The notes below the pieces were generated by a model, which saw only the letters and a program-made list of their open reading frames with translations, did not search any database and was not told the DNA's origin. Source: Phaeosaccion multiseriatum (lineage: Eukaryota; Protista; Ochrophyta, other classes). Taken from it: a stretch of 64,000 nt of DNA. Location: contig OZ218960.1 of assembly GCA_965112735.1 (NCBI GenBank), positions 1,612,001 to 1,676,000 on the forward strand, given 5' to 3'. Shown here in pieces: positions 23,404-39,043 of this stretch. Position numbers and translations under genes: made by a program. Every line of letters begins with the position of its first letter. Position 1 is the stretch's first letter.

Positions 23404-25767
23404 GCTGTGTTGTTGTGTTGATGTTGTTGCTGTTGTTGTTGCGGAGGGAAGGAGGGGGGAGGCAGGAGAAGGAGATGGATATGCAGGAAGGGGGTTGGGC
23501 ATGACAAGAGGAACACAAGAGGGGGGAGCGCTAGCCGCCGGGCTGACTGACTGACTCACTCACTGACTGACTCACTGACTCACTGACTGCCGCACTGACT
23601 GACTCACTCACACACTCACTAACTCACAGACACACTCACTCACTCACTCACTTACACCCTCACTCACTCACTCACTCACTCACACACTCACGCAATCACT
23701 CAACTCACTCACTCACACACTCCCTCCCTCACTCCCTCACTCACTCACTCACTCACCCACTCTCTCTCTCACTCACTCACTCACTCGCTCACGCACTCCC
23801 TCACTCACTCATGCACACACTCACGCACGCACTCACTCACGCACGCACTCACTCACTCACGCACACACTCACGCAGTCCCTCACTCACAAACACACACAC
23901 TCACGCACTCCCTCCCTCACTGACTCACTCACTCACACACACACACACACTCCCTCACTCACTCGGACACACACACTCACTCACTCACTCACTCACTCAT
24001 GCACTCACAAACACACACACTCTCGCACTGACTGACTCACTGACTAGCCCTCCGTGTCCCCGTGTGGACCGACCGCGATACCCAACCAGCTCGCCGCTTC
24101 GGCCAAAGTGGTGAAGGAGCTCCGACTTGAACTCCGGCAAGCCAAGCGAGACAACAAAACTGCGGAGCAGAGGATCAGCGAGACCACAGCAGAGAAGGAG
24201 AAGGCGGTGCAGCTGCTGGAGCAAACAGGAGAAGCAGTGAGGAAGCTCAATGGGTGAGTTATGTGTGTGAGGAAGGGGGGGAGGGGGGGGGCATGAGGCA
24301 GTTCGTTTTGTGAGCCAAGTGCGGAGGCGGAGGCGAGAAGAAAGGATATGGAGTTGAAACTCTTGAGGTACACAGGGGGTGGAGTGGGGTCTTGGGCTGC
24401 TCGGGTGGGCTTAAGTCCCTCCCCTCCCTCTATGTTCAAAGGGAAGGAAGGAAGGAAGGAAGGAAGGAAGGAAGGAAGGACGGAAGGAAGGAAGGAAGGA
24501 AGGAAGGAAGGAAGGAAGGAAGGAAGCGAAATGGAAGTTCTCACGCTCGCACACTAACACGTGCTCTCTCTCACTCACTCTCTCACTCACAAATGGCAGA
24601 GCCAAGGACGAGGAGATTGGTCGCTTGAAGATGCTCCTCCAAGAACAGCAGAACAAGGCGCTGGAGGTGGAGGAGAGGGCGCTCACCGTGGGGATGGAGA
24701 TGGAGCGCATCGAGGATGAGAGGCAGAGAAACAGAGCCATGGAGAAGCGGGCAACCTTTGCCTCTGAGAGTGCAGACAGGTGAGAAGCGAGGGAGAGGGA
24801 GGGAGGGGAGAGGGAGACAGAGGGAGAAAGAGGCAGGCGAAAAGAGAGAGAGGGAAAGAGAGAGAGAGTGAGAAAGAGGCAGGCGAAGAGAGAGAGAGGG
24901 AAAGAGAGAGAGAGGGAGAAAGAGGCAGGCGAAGAGAGAGGGAGAGAGAGAGAGCTCAGCAGTGGCCTGCGTGTTGGGCACAGAGTAGTTGACGGCCCCC
25001 TCCACCCCTCCCCTCCCCTCTCCTCTCCTCCCTTCTCCTCCCCTCCCCTCCCTCCCTCCTAAGGTACGAGCTGATGATGGTCTCCCAAACCAACGCCCTT
25101 CAGAGGGCTCGAGAGGAGCTCTTGGAGGAGAGGCTCAAGCGGCAAGAGGCCGAGCGTTTGCTCAGGCTTGATCACATCAAGTTTAAAGACGATGCCAAGA
25201 AAGCAGGTACGACGGCACGAGAATAGAGAAGCTCTCTCTCTCTTCTCTCTCTCTCTCTCTTGACTCTACCCCTCCCTCCCTCCCTCGCTCGCTCCCCTTC
25301 TAAACCCCCCCCTTCCCTCTCTCTCTCTCTCTCTCCCCTCCCTCAATCGCTCGTGTATCATCAGCCGCCGCAGTGTCCGAGGCCGTTGCAGCAGCCGTTG
25401 CCTCCGCAGGTATGTAAGCCACAACCCCCGCAGTTAGCACCCCAGTCCTGCAAGTCTAAGTCAATGAATACCCTGTTGATCACTAACCCCTCACCCGCAC
25501 GCGCACACCCACATATGGCTGCACATATGGTGCGCGAGTCCCTACCTGATCAACCTCCTCCTCCTCCTCCTCCTCCTCCTCCTCCTCCTCCTCCTCCTCC
25601 CCCCCTGTACTACTTACCCCCTACCCTCCCTTGTATCTACCGACGGTTACACAGGGGGAAGGGGCCGGCGCCGCTCTTCGGTCGTAAGTCAGCGGAGGCC
25701 ATCGTGGGGAGGGGGAGGGGGAGGAGGAGGGAGGAGGCCTTCACAGCTGCTGCAAGTGCCTCTTCGT

Positions 25768-25807
<40 letters not shown>

Positions 25808-26169
25808 AGGAAGAAGAGATGCAACGGCAACCGCCGCCACCACCACAAGCAGCAGTAGTGGCAGCAGCGGCAGCAGCGGACAGAGCAAGGCGGCACCAAC
25901 ACCAACAACAACACCAAAGCCAGCATGATGCAGGAGGAGTAGAATTAGGTGTCGGGACAGGGACCGGTGTCGGCACAGGAATAGGTGTCGGGACAGGGAC
26001 CATCGCTCCTGGGGGGGCAGTGTCAGGACTCGTGTCGGGGGCATCCCGAGGGGGCGGCAGGCGCCAGTCGAAGGATGGCGGTGGAGGGGGGCTAATGGGG
26101 CTTGCTCCCTGGCTCCTCCACCAAGCCGAACCCGAGGGGGCAGCACCCACAGGAGCTGAGCACCGCTGA
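22475..26169 (+). CDS. Coiled-coil protein of unknown function, about 9 exons
   Basis: Exons join in frame across GT-AG introns: MDEGTQQ|MLRTLLGEQLRRGD...LEK|ENQELQVDKK...|...EQLEEK|LAASAKVVKELRLELRQAKR...|AKDEEIGRLKMLLQEQ...|YELMMVSQTNALQRAREE...|...PTGAEHR*. E/K/R/L-rich with heptad character. Confidence 0.75.
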
Positions 26170-26881
26170 AGTATTTACCTCGTCATGTCAAAGTCATTGT
26201 ATTGCATGTACATCAATCAGCCCATGAACGTGAGGCATAAGCGGATGGCAACGGGCGGCAAGGGAAGAGGGAAGGGAAGACATGAGACATACGATGGTAG
26301 CGTATTGTATCGGAGGCTGTTTGCTGCCATCCAGAGGCTTTTGCTGCCATTCAGTCCCCAAGACAGACACAGACACAGGCAGAAGATATTCCAACCCAAA
26401 GTCAAAGGCCCCTCTTCTTCTTCTTCCTTCTAAGTTAAGGGTTTTGACTGCTAGACGGGCGGTGTTGGCTTACAAAAAAAACACCAACCCGAGGGAGGAG
26501 CGGAAGGAAGGAAGGAAGACAGAGGGGCGAACACAATTTTGTCTCTCAAAGGTTATATTTGACATTAAGTTGCCCCCCTTCTTCTCCTCTACATCTGCGA
26601 CAGGGGGGGCATGGGGGCGGCTGCCAATGCCACAGCGCAGCACACCCCTTCAGTGCGTCGAGTTATCGGAGTAGCGAAACGACAAGAAAAGACAAGACAA
26701 GTCGGGAAGGAAGGAACAAAACAGACACAAAACAAAACAAAAACACAACAAAGAGAATGCAAGATTCCATCCCCTCTCTCCTCTCTCCTTTGTTGTGTCC
26801 TTTGCTGCGCCCCTCGCGTCGTCGCGCCTGTTCTCTCTCTCTCTCTCTCTCTTTCCCTCTCTCTGTGCCTTTCCCTCTTCT

Positions 26882-29131
<2,250 letters not shown>

Positions 29132-29390
29132 GCCTAACACCTCGAGAGACAATTGAGCTCGGTCTCCAAGGGCCAGCCAAGGACGCACCCCCCTGGGATG
29201 AAAACCATTTGTGATCTCCCAGCAGCAGCAGTTGGACATTCGATGAAAGAAAAAAAGAAAAAAGTAGCTGTAGCTGTAGCTGCAGAGGCAGGCAAGGAGG
29301 AACTCCAAGATGATCGGGTGCTAGTCATGGAGCAGCAAGCCCATGGAAAGAAATTAGACTCTCGCAACGAGGTTCCCACACCTAGAAACG

Positions 29391-32300
29391 ATGACGAAGG
29401 ACGAGGTCACTCTGACGATAGCCGAGATATGCGCGGGAAGCAGTCTTGCTGGGCTAGTCAGCCGTGTCTGCTGCCACCCTTTAGATACGGCCAAGGTAAG
29501 GTCTCGTCGTTTTGCGCTTCTGGCCTGCTTGCCAAGTCCCTCTGCCTCCCCCTCTTACACGGCCGACTTGTTTCTTGTTCCTCCAGGCCAGACTGCAGGG
29601 CCCACACGGGCATCGCTTCAAAGGAACCGCAGATGTACTGAGAGCTACATTGAGGTAAGTGTGTGATGCGTGATGCATCTCTTTCTTTTCATTCCTTTCT
29701 TTCCTTTCCCAACTCCTCACTCCCCTGTTTTGGAACGCCACAGGAAGGAGGGATGGCCGGGCCTCTACCGCGGCTTCGGGGCAGTGTACGTGGCCGAGCT
29801 TTGGCTTGCTCTCGCTCAGAGCTACGATCCCTCCGCGCTCGTGTTCTCTTCTCTTCCCCGTGCTCTCTCCCCTCTTCCTCTGGCCGCCCTCCCCCTTCAT
29901 TTCAGTCACCAAAGTCTCCATAGGCGGCTGGTCTATGCATGCTGTCTTCCCCCCTGAACGTCGTGGTTCATTCCTCTAAGTCCAGCCTCTAGATTTGTCT
30001 CCCTCTCCGCCCTTACTTTCCCCCCTCCTCCCTCCCTCTCTCCCTCTCCCTTCCTCCGCTCCCTCCCTCCCCTCCCCAGTGTCTGGGGGGGGCTCCCCGG
30101 CACGTGTCTTTACTTGACAACCTACGAGCTTTCTATGAAACGCATGCAGGAAATGCTGCCTGCCGCCCAGAGGGAGCGCTACAGCTTTGTGGGGCACTTC
30201 AGCGCGGGTTTCCTCGCCGAGATTGTGTGCTGCGTAGTCTATGTGCCTGTGGACGTCGTTAAGGAGAGGCTGCAGGTGCAGATGGGGCGGGAAACAGCCG
30301 CAGTAGCAGTTGGTGATACAGCAGCAGCAGCAGCAGCAGCAGTAGAAGCAGCAGAAGCAGCAGCGGTAGCCACAACACCACCAGCAGCCACAGAAAGGGC
30401 AGGAGGAGGAGGTGGTGTGATGGAGGTACACGGGCCGGAGGGACTGAGGAGGAACTACTTGGGCAGCATGGACGCTCTGCGCTCCATCCTTCGAACGGAG
30501 GGACTCCGAGGCATATACAAGGTGAGCTGCGGAAGATTGAAGGTTGGATCGATCAGCTTCAGTGCTGGGTGAGTCACTTCGATTGGATCGATCAGCTTCA
30601 GTGCTGGGTGACTGACTCACTTCGAGAAGGGAGGCAATGTATCGTTTATAGATTGGGCGATGCGTTGGTGTGTGAGCGTCCTTCCCCCCGTATCCCTGAG
30701 GTCCTAAGCCTATAAGTAGTGTTTGTCTCTGTGCGTCCTAAGCCTGTAAGTAGTGTTTGTCTCTGTGAGTCCTAAGCCTATATGTAGTGTTTGTCTCTGT
30801 CGACGGCTGTCGCCGTGAAGACGCACCGCAATAGAGCGCTCAGAGATGGGAGGGTCACACTCCTCTTGTCTTCTCATCCCTCTCCAGTCACACTCCTCTT
30901 GTCTTCTCATCCCTCTCCAGTCACACCCCTCTTGTCTTCTCATCCCTCTCCAGTCACACTCCTCTTGTCTTCTCATCCCTCTCCAGTCACACTCCTCTTG
31001 TCTTCTCATCCCTCTCCAGTCACACTCCTCTTGTCTTCTCATCCCTCTCCAGTCACACTCCTCTTGTCTTCTCATCCCTCTCCAGTCACACTCCTCTTGT
31101 CTTCTCATCCCTCTCCAGTCACACCCCTCTTGTCTTCTCATCCCTCTCCAGTCACACTCCTCTTGTCTTCTCATCCCTCTCCAGTCACACTCCTCTTGTC
31201 TTCTCATCCCTCTCCAGTCACACTCCTCTTGTCTTCTCATCCCTCTCCAGTCACACTCCTCTTGTCTTCTCATCCCTCTCCAGTCACACTCCTCTTGTCT
31301 TCTCATCCCTCTCCAGTCACACCCCTCTTGTCTTCTCATCCCTCTCCAGTCACACTCCTCTTGTCTTCTCATCCCTCTCCAGTCACACTCCTCTTGTCTT
31401 CTCATCCCTCTCCAGTCACACTCCTCTTGTCTTCTCATCCCTCTCCAGTCACACTCCTCTTGTCTTCTCATCCCTCTCCAGTCACACTCCTCTTGTCTTC
31501 TCATCCCTCTCCAGTCACACCCCTCTTGTCTTCTCATCCCTCTCCAGTCACACTCCTCTTGTCTTCTCATCCCTCTCCAGTCACACTCCTCTTGTCTTCT
31601 CATCCCTCTCCAGTCACACTCCTCTTGTCTTCTCATCCCTCTCCAGTCACACCCCTCTTGTCTTCTCATCCCTCTCCAGTCACACCCCTCTTGTCTTCTC
31701 ATCCCTCTCCAGTCACACTCCTCTTGTCTTCTCATCCCTCTCCAGTCACACTCCTCTTGTCTTCTCATCCCTCTCCAGTCACACCCCTCTTGTCTTCTCA
31801 TCCCTCTCCAGTCACACCCCTCTTGTCTTCTCATCCCTCTCCAGTCACACTCCTCTTGTCTTCTCATCCCTCTCCAGTCACACCCCTCTTGTCTTCTCAT
31901 CCCTCTCCAGTCACACTCCTCTTGTCTTCTCATCCCTCTCCAGTCACACTCCTCTTGTCTTCTCATCCCTCTCCAGTCACACCCTCTCTCTCATCCCTCT
32001 CCAGTCACAGTCCTCTTGTCTTCTCATCCCTCTCCAGTCACACCCCTCTTGTCTTCTCATCCCTCTCCAGTCACACCCTCTCTCTCATCCCTCTCCAGTC
32101 ACACTCCTCTTGTCTTCTCATCCCTCTCCAGTCACACTCCTCTTGTCTTCTCATCCCTCTCCAGTCACACTCCTCTCGTCTTCTCATCCCTCTCCAGTCA
32201 CACCCCTCTTGTCTTCTCATCCCTCTCCAGTCACACCCCTCTTGTCTTCTCATCCCTCTCCAGTCACACTCCTCTTGTCTTCTCATCCCTCTCCAGTCAC

Positions 32301-33681
32301 ACCGCTCTCGTCTTCTCATCCCTCTCCAGTCACACTCCTCTTGTCTTCTCATCCCTCTCCAGTCACACCCCTCTTGTCTTCTCATCCCTCTCCAGTCACA
32401 CCCTCTCGATTTCTCCTCTCTTCCCAATCACACCGCTCTCGTCTTCTCATCTGTCTCTCTCCCCCCCCCCCCCCCATTACTCAACGTCCTTCTGACCCCG
32501 CCTGCCTGGCTCCATGTGCTTGCCTCCCTGCCTCCCTTGCCCTCCTCCGCGACGGATTTAAACTTTGTCTATTTCATCCATTTGACTGATTGAACCCCTC
32601 CCCCCCCATAAACAGGGCTACGGGGCGACGTTGCTTTCCTTTGGGCCTTATTCTGCCCTATATTTTGTCTTTTACGAGAAATTCAAAGCGGCGGGTTTGA
32701 AGTGGATGCGCAACAACAACAACAACGACACGAGCACGAGCAGTGTGGTGAGTGAGTGGTACAGCTGCTCCAAGGGCTGAAGGAGGGGAGGAGGGAGGGG
32801 AAGGAGGAAGGAGGGGAGGGAGGGGGGGAAGGGAGGAGGGAAGGGAGAAGGAGGGGAGGGGAAGGAAGGAGGGAAGGAAGAAGAAGGGGAGGGGAAAGGA
32901 GGAGGGAAGGAAAAAGGAAGCTCTCGACAAAGCTGTAGCTCGGTCGCTCAGTCCCTTCGCTGAGCTTTTGTGCGACGTGGTGACTGGCGCATATGGCAGC
33001 GAGTGAGTGTCCCCACTGACACAATGCAACGCTTCTCCGGCAATATTCGATGCCTTCAAGACCAACATAGTCTATCCCTCTCCCTCTGCCTCTCTCCATC
33101 TCTCCCCCCCCCCCCCTCTCCCTCTCCCTCTCCCTCCCCACCCCGCCCCCCCACACACACAGCAGCCCTCTCCCCCCGCAGGCCCTGTCGAGTCTCTCCC
33201 CTTCCCCTTGACGTTGGTGTGCGCCGCTGCTGCTGGAGGGGCGGCCGCCTTCGTGACCAACCCATTGGACATGGCCAAGTTGAGGCTGCAAGTGCAGAGG
33301 GGAAGTGCCACGGCAGCAGGGGCATTGCCTGGGTCAAGGGCAGCAGTTGGTGATACAGCAGCAGCTCCACCATCAGCAGCACCAGCACCAGCACCAGCAG
33401 GAGCAGCAGGAGCAGCAGGAGCAGCAGGAGCACCACAGTCAGTAGGGGTACCCAGGGCGATACCCAATCTGGCCAAGGAGGTACCCAATCTCGCCAAGGC
33501 TTCTTTGCCCCCTCCCACTGAGCACTACACAAGTATGTGGGACGGTGTGCGGCAAATGTACGCTGCCCAGGGGGTTCGAGGTCTATTCAAAGGCGCAGGG
33601 GCTCGGGTGCTCTTCTCAGCGCCGGCCACGGCTGTCACCATGGCTGTGTTTGAGGCGTGCAAGAGCTTTATGAGGGCATGA
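29391..33681 (+). CDS. Mitochondrial carrier family (SLC25) protein, 6 exons
   Basis: Three Px[DE]xx[KR] signatures (HPLDTAK|AR, VPVDVVKERLQ, NPLDMAKLRLQ) and the matching EGWPGLYRG, EGLRGIYK|G and QGVRGLFKG motifs. Confidence 0.93.
30854..32451. repeat. 33-bp minisatellite (GTCACACTCCTCTTGTCTTCTCATCCCTCTCCA), roughly 48 units, inside a carrier-gene intron
   Basis: Direct tandem array with ACTCC/ACCCC variants and shorter or degenerate units at the 3' end. Confidence 0.97.
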
Positions 33682-33719
33682 GGATGGCAGTGGATGGGGC
33701 GTGCGTGCAAAGGCTTTAA

Positions 33720-34035
33720 TGATCGCCCCGTGGCGGATCCAGATCCCACTCCACTTGAGCCTGCTTGTTTTGTTGACTTGCAGCCCTGCAGAGACCACCC
33801 GCCGCCTCTGCTGCGGCGCCTTCTTGTTGAGGGGCTGCGCAGAGCGCGAGGTGCTGTCACTGAGCCGGCACCCGCAGTCGCATATGAGGGAGAAAGGGGC
33901 TGAAGTCAACAAGCAGAGGGGAAAAGATAGGACGTGGCCAAAAATTGCAGCTCTATGGGACGGACCTCCCGATGTGCGCCAAAGCGTTGGACGAGTCGAC
34001 CCCTTTCCACTGGGCCACCAACATAACCCGGATTA
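33720..34035 (-). repeat. Degenerate copy of the zinc-finger-repeat element (copy 1)
   Basis: 33834-34035 aligns without gaps to 38842-39043 (20 mismatches in 202 nt by hand count). The upstream part encodes a decayed GIWIRHGAIIK on the minus strand. Confidence 0.85.
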
Positions 34036-34570
34036 ATATATCACTGTATGTACTTGAAGTATTTCTTTTACACAATCGAACTGTGTAGTACCTACACACA
34101 AGGGGGACCGAAAGCTCTGTCCCGCACCATCCTACGCCTTCCTCTTCATTCACAAAAAAAAACCTTCTAAACGTATCACAAAGTGTGTCAAAAATGCAAG
34201 CACTGTACATACAGTAGCTAAGCTATCGTATCAAAACCTCAAAAAATGCCCCTCTCTCTCCATCCGCTGCCATCCCTCCTCCTCTGCGTGGCCGGGGAGG
34301 CGGCCCAACTCTGGGCCTGAACGAAAGACACCATGGGCGTGTGTATGTATGTGTGTGTACGTGTGTAGGTGTGATTGTCTCCCTCTCTCTCTGTGTGTAT
34401 GTATATGTATGGGTGTGTACGTTTGTGTGAGTACGTGCGTGCTGTGCCCCCCCTGCCCTTTGTCGCCACTCAGTCCGAGCCTTCAAACCCCGCCTCAAAA
34501 GCCACGCCCTCTCGGGCCCATCCATCGATCCATCGATCCATCGTGCCCAGGGGTGCCGGGGGTGGCTGTA

Positions 34571-34757
34571 GTGGTGGTCATGGTGGTGGTGGTGGTGATG
34601 GTGGTGGTGGTGGTGGTGGTGGTGGTGGTGGTGGTGATGGTGGTGGTGGTGGTGATGGTGGTGGTGGTGGTGGTGGTGGTGGTGGTGGTGGTGGTGGTGG
34701 CGGTGATTGGGGTGGTGGTGGTGGTGGTGGTGGTGGTGGTGGTGGTGGTGGTGGTGG
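34571..34757. repeat. (GGT)n microsatellite
   Basis: Seen directly in the sequence. Confidence 0.95.
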
Positions 34758-35115
34758 GTGTGGGATCGGCTGGTGATACTTGATAACGCCATTCCACTGT
34801 AGTGTTTTCGACTCTCCCTCCCTCCCTCCCTTCATCCCTCCCACCTCTTTTGTTCCGTCAAGCACTTGCTTCGTCCTTCACTGTTTCTCCCTCCTCTTAT
34901 TTTTGTTCGTTCCTTGTGCTCCAGCAGGACGGCTCTTGGAGCTCTGGCTTTTCCCACTCCCCACTCTCCACAGACCACACACGCACACACACACACACAC
35001 ACACACACTCCAAAAAAGTCCCAAAATGCCCCTTCGTTCTCCCTCCAGAGCCCTTCCATCCACCCATGTTCACTCCCTCGTACCCCATTCCTCTCACCCC
35101 CTGCACCTCATCTCC

Positions 35116-35632
35116 TCAGCCTGCCTTGATGTAAACCTCCAGGAGGCGCTCACAAGCCGACCACAGGTCCTTTGCTGAGTCGTCATCGTTGCCCTCGGGG
35201 TAGGTGGGAGTCATGGCGGAGCTGCCGATGAAGGGGCCCATGATCTCGAAGGGAAGGCGCAGGAAGTCTCCCAGCGGCAGCCAGTACGGCTTCACACACA
35301 CACAGAGCGAGAGGGAGAGACGCACAGAGAGAGAGAGAAGGAGACACACACAGAGAGAGGACAGAGAGACACACAGAGAGAGAGAAAGAGAGAGGGACAT
35401 ACAAGCAGCAGCACTAAGTCAGTACAGCGACAAGGGTGGGGAGGAAGGAGGGAAGAGAGAACGAAGGAGCGAGGGAGCGGAGTGTGGCGAGAAGTCGCGC
35501 CGGAGGAAGAGAAGAGAAGATGACGAAGGAGAGGGACATGTGTGGATGACTCTCATCTCTTTCCACTCACACGCACCCCTCACCCTTTCTCTCTTTCTCT
35601 CTCACACACACGCGCACACACAGAGACACACA

Positions 35633-35721
<89 letters not shown>

Positions 35722-38023
35722 CGAAACCCACACATGCTCCCGACCCCTAACCTGATAGTACTCGTGGTCGAGATGGGGGGCGGCAGCGCAAAAGACAGAC
35801 GTGTATGCCCCCTGATCGACATTAAGGAAGACGACTCGCATGATCAAGTCCATGAAGGGCTTCACCACCTGGAGCAGCAGATGGTCGCACACAGGGGGGA
35901 GGGAAGGGGGAGGAAGGGAAGGCAGAGGAGGGGAGGGGAGGGGATGGGAGGAGGGGAGGGGACGGGAGGAGAGGAGAGGGGAGGGTAGGGTAGGGGAAAG
36001 CGGAGCAGGGGAGAGGAGAGAAGAGCAAAGCAGAGCAGCGGCAAGAAGGGGGAACAAGGGGAGGGGGTGGGGGTGGGCGGATACACGGGTCTGCAAGGAC
36101 GGCGCACCACTCGGAGAAGCGACTTTCAGCACTCGTTTGCTCTTGCCAGCGACACAACGCTAGCTGTCAAACTCAAACTCAAACTCAAGCTCCATATCGA
36201 ACTACAAGCCCTCTGCTTGTGGCCTACTACGTACCCAGGGCAACGAGCGCCAGATGTCACTGCGAACGGCACCGGGATTGACGGCCACGGCTCTCGTTGA
36301 CGCCTTGGCAGCTTTGAAGCGATTGTTCAGCTCCTTTAGAGATGGAGGAGGGAGAGGGAGAGGAACGAAGGGGGGGGAAGGAAAGAGAGGGGGAGGGAAG
36401 TAGTAAGACGCGAAGTGAGAAACGCCCCATCTCTCTTTCATCAAGGCTGTTGGTTGGACTGACTGCTCTCTCTACCCCCTCCCTCTCCCTCCCTGTCTCT
36501 CATCTCTCTCTCCCCCTTCCTTTCTTTCCCTCTTTCTCCCTCTCTCTCTCTCTCACACACATACCCTTGTGAAGAGCACCATTGCCAACTTGCTTGCCGC
36601 ATATCCGATGGCGGCGATGCCGGCTCCAGTCGATGCGGTGGCCACCTCCTCCCATTTCCCCTCTGCCATGGGGCCCCAGTGGTGCCTTGCGGGGACAAGG
36701 AGGGAGGGGGTCAGGGGAGAGACAACGGGATGAAGGGGAGGAGGGTGGACAGGGTAAGGGTGAGGGTGAGGGTCAGGGCAGAGAGAGCGGGAGAGAGAGG
36801 GAGAGGAAGAGGGAGAGGGAGGGGGAGGGAGAAGCGAAACGACTTGTGATACAGGCTTGAACAGAGGTAGGTTTATTAGGTGAAGAGAGGAGGCGTTTCC
36901 AAATAGAAAAAAAGCACACCACCACCCCAAGGTGCCATCTCTACAACCCAGTTGAGGGCAGGCAAAGGACTGACTGCTCATCCACTGCCACCGCCCACTC
37001 CCTTCTCCCCTCCCTCCCCTCCCTCACTCACATGACGCTGGCCAGGTTGACGACCCTTCCCTCGCTGGCGTTTTGCAGAGGCGTCATGAGGAGCTTGGTG
37101 AGGTAAAAATGGCCGAGGAAGTTGGTGGTAAAGCATTGCTCGAGCCCCGAGGGAAGGCTGCCGTGTGTGTTGCAGCCTGCGTTGTTCACAAGCACGTCGA
37201 GTGTTGTGTGTTTGGCGGTGAACTCGTCTGCATGCAGGGCATTGCATGGATCAAGGGCGGGGGGTGGGAGGAGGAGGAGGAGGAGGAGGAGGAGGAGGAG
37301 GAGGAGGAGGAGGAGGAGGAGGAGGAGGAGCAGAGGGCCAACTAGTGAGGCAGAGGGCTTTAATTAATGGTATCTTTAATTGGTATCTTCTGCTAGGATG
37401 TACCAGCTTCAAGACATCGACATTGCAGAGCAATCCCACACCTGCAAACTTTCGCACGGAATCTGAGGATTGCAGGTCCAGCAGCATCACCTCCACCGCG
37501 GCGCTCCCGTCAGACATGACGCCTCCTCCTTGCTCTCGCTTGAGCTCCGCCAGAATGTCCTTCTGAGCTTTAACAGCCTTGTCCTTGTTCCGGCAGGCGA
37601 TGATCACCTTCGCTCCGAGTCGGGCCTACGGGGCAGGGAGGGGGAGGGTGCGGTTGGTTGCACAATATACACGTGCAAAGAGAGGGGCGAGGAGGCAGGA
37701 GGTCCAAAACACACCACTGGAGGAGGGGGAGAACGATATGTACTTCTCACCAAATGATACGCCGTCCTCTTCCCAATGCCCGTGTTGGCTCCAGTGATCA
37801 CCACCAGCTTGTCCTGCATCAGCGGCTCCCCCTCCTTCCTCTTGCGGCTCTTTTTGAGCAAGGTGGCAAGCTCGGTGCAGTACTTCCAGCTCGATAGCTC
37901 CTCCAGCTCGCTGAGGGGGTAAGAGCGCCAGCACTTCAGCACGAGGCCCATGGGAAGCGTCCATAGCCTCCACAGCAACCCGCCTACGGTGTACAGACTG
38001 AAAGACACGTTGTATTTCAACAT
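35116..38023 (-). CDS. Short-chain dehydrogenase/reductase, retinol dehydrogenase 11-14/WWOX-like, 7 exons
   Basis: VVITGANTGIG; IIACRN; LDLQSSDSVRKFA; LDVLVNNAG; TNFLGHFYLTKLL; RVVNLASV; catalytic YAASK; AVNPGAVRSDI; AKDLW. Confidence 0.93.
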
Positions 38024-38477
38024 CGCTGGTGCAGGACAATGGCAAAAAAATTAAGGAAAGTAGAGGTGGTCGAATTTTTTTGAAAGTCGATGAAAGGGCA
38101 GAGCCCCCGCCCCTATTGTAGAAAAAGAAAGAAGAGCATCGTCGATCCTCAAGTCATCGGGGTGAGCTGGAGGGGGGTGGGGATGGAGCCACTGTTATAG
38201 CATATGACCAGACACGCTATTGAGCTAACCGCCAGCCGCCAGGCTCCAGGCTCCAGGCTCCAGGCTCCAGGCTCCAGATCCAGCCTCCAGCCTTCTAAAT
38301 CTTTTTCCGTGACACTATCAGCTATGAATAACGCAGCTATCGCAAATAACTCAACGGCGCGTCAGGGGTCGAATACACAGTCTGGGAAGTTTACTTCCAC
38401 TGTCATACTGTCGTTCGCTGCTTCAGACTCACCACTGGCTGAGCCGCTGGGATGTCCTCTTCTCAAGTCAGGCGCAT

Positions 38478-39043
38478 CTACGACGTGTGCACGCTGCAGA
38501 ATCCGCTCTCCTTGCCAGCCTTGTAATCGCAGCCCCCGACAGCGCACCTATCCTGATGGACCCCGTGCCTGACGCAGAGCCCACGCTTCTGGGCCGCCTT
38601 CCGGCAACCCTCCACAGAGGAACAGAGTACCTCTTGACTATGGCCCCGTGCCTGATGCAGAGCCCACCCTCCTTGGCCTGACTATCGCAGCACTCCACAG
38701 AGCACCTCTTGATACGGCCCCGTGCTTCATGCAGACCCCATTCACGCAGTGCTCCACGAGCACCTCTTCCTCTCCCCCCCTTGCGTATAGTTGACCCCAC
38801 CCTTCTTGGCCTGATTATCGAAGCCCTATCTCCACAGAGAAGCTGCGCAGAGCTCGAGATGCTGTCACTGAGCCGGCACCCGCAGTCGCATATGAAGGAG
38901 AAAGGGGCTGAAGTCAAGAAGCAGAGGGAAAAGGATAGGACCTGACCAACTTTTGCAGCTCTATGGCACGGAGCTTCCGACGTCCGCCAAAGCATTGGAC
39001 GAGTCCACCCCTTTCCACTGGGCCACCAACATATCCCAGATTA
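38478..39043 (-). pseudogene. Frameshifted WRKY19-like C-x4-C-x9-C-x2-HG zinc-finger repeat pseudogene plus a shared 202-bp flank (copy 2)
   Basis: Repeats spread over different frames: GVCMKHGA / KRCSVECCDSQAKEGGLCIRHGA / SVEGCRKAAQKRGLCVRHG / RCAVGGCDYKAGKESGFCSVH...*. Joining them needs at least three frameshifts. Confidence 0.7.

Noticed and set aside
30710-32593. ORFs of 418-600 aa, and a possible CRISPR array
   Set aside because: They are translations of a 33-bp minisatellite inside a GT-AG intron; the units are contiguous with no unique spacers, and no cas genes are present.
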